Source: Phoronis australis
Taxonomy: Eukaryota; Animalia; Phoronida
Assembly (NCBI GenBank): GCA_002633005.1
Contig: NMRA01000135.1
Coordinates: forward strand, 828,649-892,648
Direction of reading: 5' to 3'
DNA: 64,000 nucleotides
The number at the start of each line of letters is the position of its first letter. Positions within the stretch are counted from its first letter, which is position 1. The notes under the pieces are model-generated. The model saw nothing but the letters and a program-made list of their open reading frames with translations, ran no database searches and had not been told where the DNA came from. Shown piece after piece: positions 61,601-64,000 of this stretch. The position numbers were made by a program, and so were the translations under genes.

Positions 61601-64000
61601 AAACCCCATAATATAATTTCACGTTTTGTCGTATAGTGGCGCCCCTTTCCCCCTCCGGGGGATTTCAACCACTTCAACGTTAAGTGACATTGCTGTAAGC
61701 CTCCTTTTGTAGATTAGAATCACACAGAGGCAGGTGTGACTGGATAGGCTGGCATAATTTGAGAATCCTGTGAACTTCGCCTGCTGCAGTAAGTTGTCAA
61801 TTTAGCACTCAGGCATAATTTCTGGNAAACCCCATAATATAATTTCACGTTTTGTCGTATAGTGGCGCTCCTCTCCCACCCGGGGGAATTCAACCACTTC
61901 AACTGTAAGCCTCCTTTTGTAGATTAGAATCACACAGAGGCAGGTGTGACTGGATAGGCTGGCATAATTTGAGAATCCTGTGAACTTCGTCTGCTGCAGT
62001 AAGTTGTCAATTTAGCACTCAGGCATAATTTCTGGTTATGGCAAGTAACGTCAGAATGCAGTTTGCATTACCCGGCCCGGTATTCCTTGCCTTAATGCAG
62101 TGGTACATTTAAACGTTACTTCGTTTATCAAATTTAGCTCAAATTTTAAACCTCATTCCGTAGGTGAGATTTTTTGGGGGTCTGCCGAGTCCACCTAGTC
62201 TGTTTTTCTGACCCAACCAATTTAAGGGCGGCCACTTAAGTGACATCAGGAAGAGATAACCATTGAATCACATGGAATTTATTTTTCAGTTGTACTTCAA
62301 ATGTTTGACCAAACCCACTTTTGAGAGGTCCTTTTTAGTCTATTGTGGGTCTTTTCTAGACTGAAATTTTCTGTCATTATTATATGCTATTTGACTGTGA
62401 TCAGTGTGGCAAGTTTTTTTCATTTTAAATCAATTTTGTCCGGTGCTCATAGCTCATAATTCCAATAGTATTCCGTTGTTGAGGGGGCATTTTTCCAAAG
62501 TAGTTTTTCTGTAGTATGCCATTTGTGTTAGTTACATGTACTGAATCTCGTGAGTTTTTATCTGGTACCTGGAATGCTAGAAGTCGTTTTGTTTTTTCAG
62601 GCTGAAAGGCTGTTTTTTCTGTCGAGGTTCATTCGGAGATCACTGTGCCACTATTGTCCATCAGTTTTGGTCGGCACCCCACCTTAAGTTTTCTTCTCTA
62701 GCTCGGCAAACTTTCATCAACAATCAGTAAGATATTGGAGGGGTTTATATGGTAGGCCCAACTCAAAGTTTTGTCTGGAATAGGCCATTTAGTGACCAGT
62801 GGCATGTACTGTGGGCAGCAGTTTTTGTGGTACCTCGAATGTTTGAGCTAGCTCGGTTTTGTGGGTACCTTTGGGATTTCTGGCGAGTCTTTTCGAGAGA
62901 GAATTTTTTCTCGTGAGGGAGCTCTTTAAGTGTTCTTGTGGTCAGATGCTTGTACCTCGTTCGCTTTTTGTAAACGGAGAGTTTTGATACATGTTTGTCA
63001 CTAACTGTTTTGAAATTGGGCCAATCTTGTCCCTTACACAGTTCGGAAGGGATTCCTGAGCTCCGGAAAGTTGGCAGTTTGTTAATTCTGCAGGCCAAAC
63101 TCATTAATATTCTGATTACATTGCGGTCTGAACTATTCGAAGCCTTGAAATCACCTCCAATTTAACCGTAAGTAACAATTTGGGACCACTTTCATAATGG
63201 TAAGTGGCTCTTGATTAAAAATGGGCTTTGAGATGAAAGGCCGTTTTAACTGTCGACTGTAAGCTTTAAGACTTCTTTTCAGATCGATAGTTCACATTAT
63301 CCAATTCCTAGGTTATTCTCGAAGTGATCAAGACGCGCAGATATGCACTGCGCATATACAGGAGACGGGGATCTCACGTGATAACATTAATTCTGGTTCA
63401 TTCTGAAATTGTACTTCGAAAATCGCCGAAACTCTTGATAACGGTTACCAGCAAATCCACATTAGGCACACGGACGCCAAAATGTCGTTTTCCTGACAGC
63501 CCGATCGCCAAAGCGAGTTGCCTGCGAACAGCTCCCTTTCAGCCACCACTGCTTTGTCAATAACGATCTTTAAAGGTGACACTATTCTTCATGCGCGCAC
63601 CCAGGGGGGTCTCGGGGGTATCGAACGAGCCCCCATTTGGCGAAGTGGGCAAAAAGGTCCGCCTCTGAGAAACAATAAGTCAGAGAAAGTGAGACAAAAG
63701 TCCACTAACAAACGCGCAATTCACGGTGGTGCGCTCCTGAAAAATACAATTTTCCTTTCCCTGAAAATTGTCTTCTTGAATGTCTGAATAAACTTGCTCT
63801 GGAAAAAATTTGCATAACAAGTTTGCAAAAATGATCCAATATTACAGTACATTTTTAAGTGGGGGTGGACGAACCAGAGGTGGACTTACAAAAATGCCCT
63901 GACACATGTCTCAGAATGGTAAATCCAACACTGGCAGTTGGAAAATAATTTCAAACTTGTTCTCTCTTTTGCATATTTCGCTGTCTCTCCTCAGTTTCCC

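Noticed and set aside
61601-62035. Near-identical ~220-bp tandem duplication
   Set aside because: The copies are separated by a single N (61826), typical of an unmerged contig overlap or haplotype artefact.
62763-63104. 113-aa basic ORF, considered as a Penelope or DIRS fragment
   Set aside because: No GIY-YIG, RT or tyrosine-recombinase motif could be identified.

Overview
AT-rich eukaryotic (animal, probably invertebrate) genomic DNA with spliceosomal introns and scaffold gaps. The left ~15 kb holds one apparently intact minus-strand nuclear receptor gene of the NR2E group, closest by recognisable motifs to dissatisfaction (dsf): 7 coding exons, ~384 aa. From ~16 kb onward the window is dense with nested, mostly decayed transposons: Tx1/L1 LINE pieces, a Kolobok-like TTAA element, THAP/YqaJ (ISL2EU/PHIS-like) remnants, an Academ-like remnant, a Gmr1-order Gypsy remnant, hAT-like MITEs and minisatellites. 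The standout is a complete ~5.2-kb LTR element at 20373-25611 with TG..CA LTRs ~95% identical, a 4-bp TTAT target-site duplication, a tRNA-Ser PBS and a PPT. It has no recognisable protease, RT, RNase H or integrase. It carries a Gag with an N-terminal helix-hairpin-helix-like module and, in the pol position after a T-TTA-AAC -1 frameshift site, a TatD-family nuclease that keeps its metal-binding motifs and is split only by a later MITE. All family assignments come from reading motifs by eye; no database search was run.
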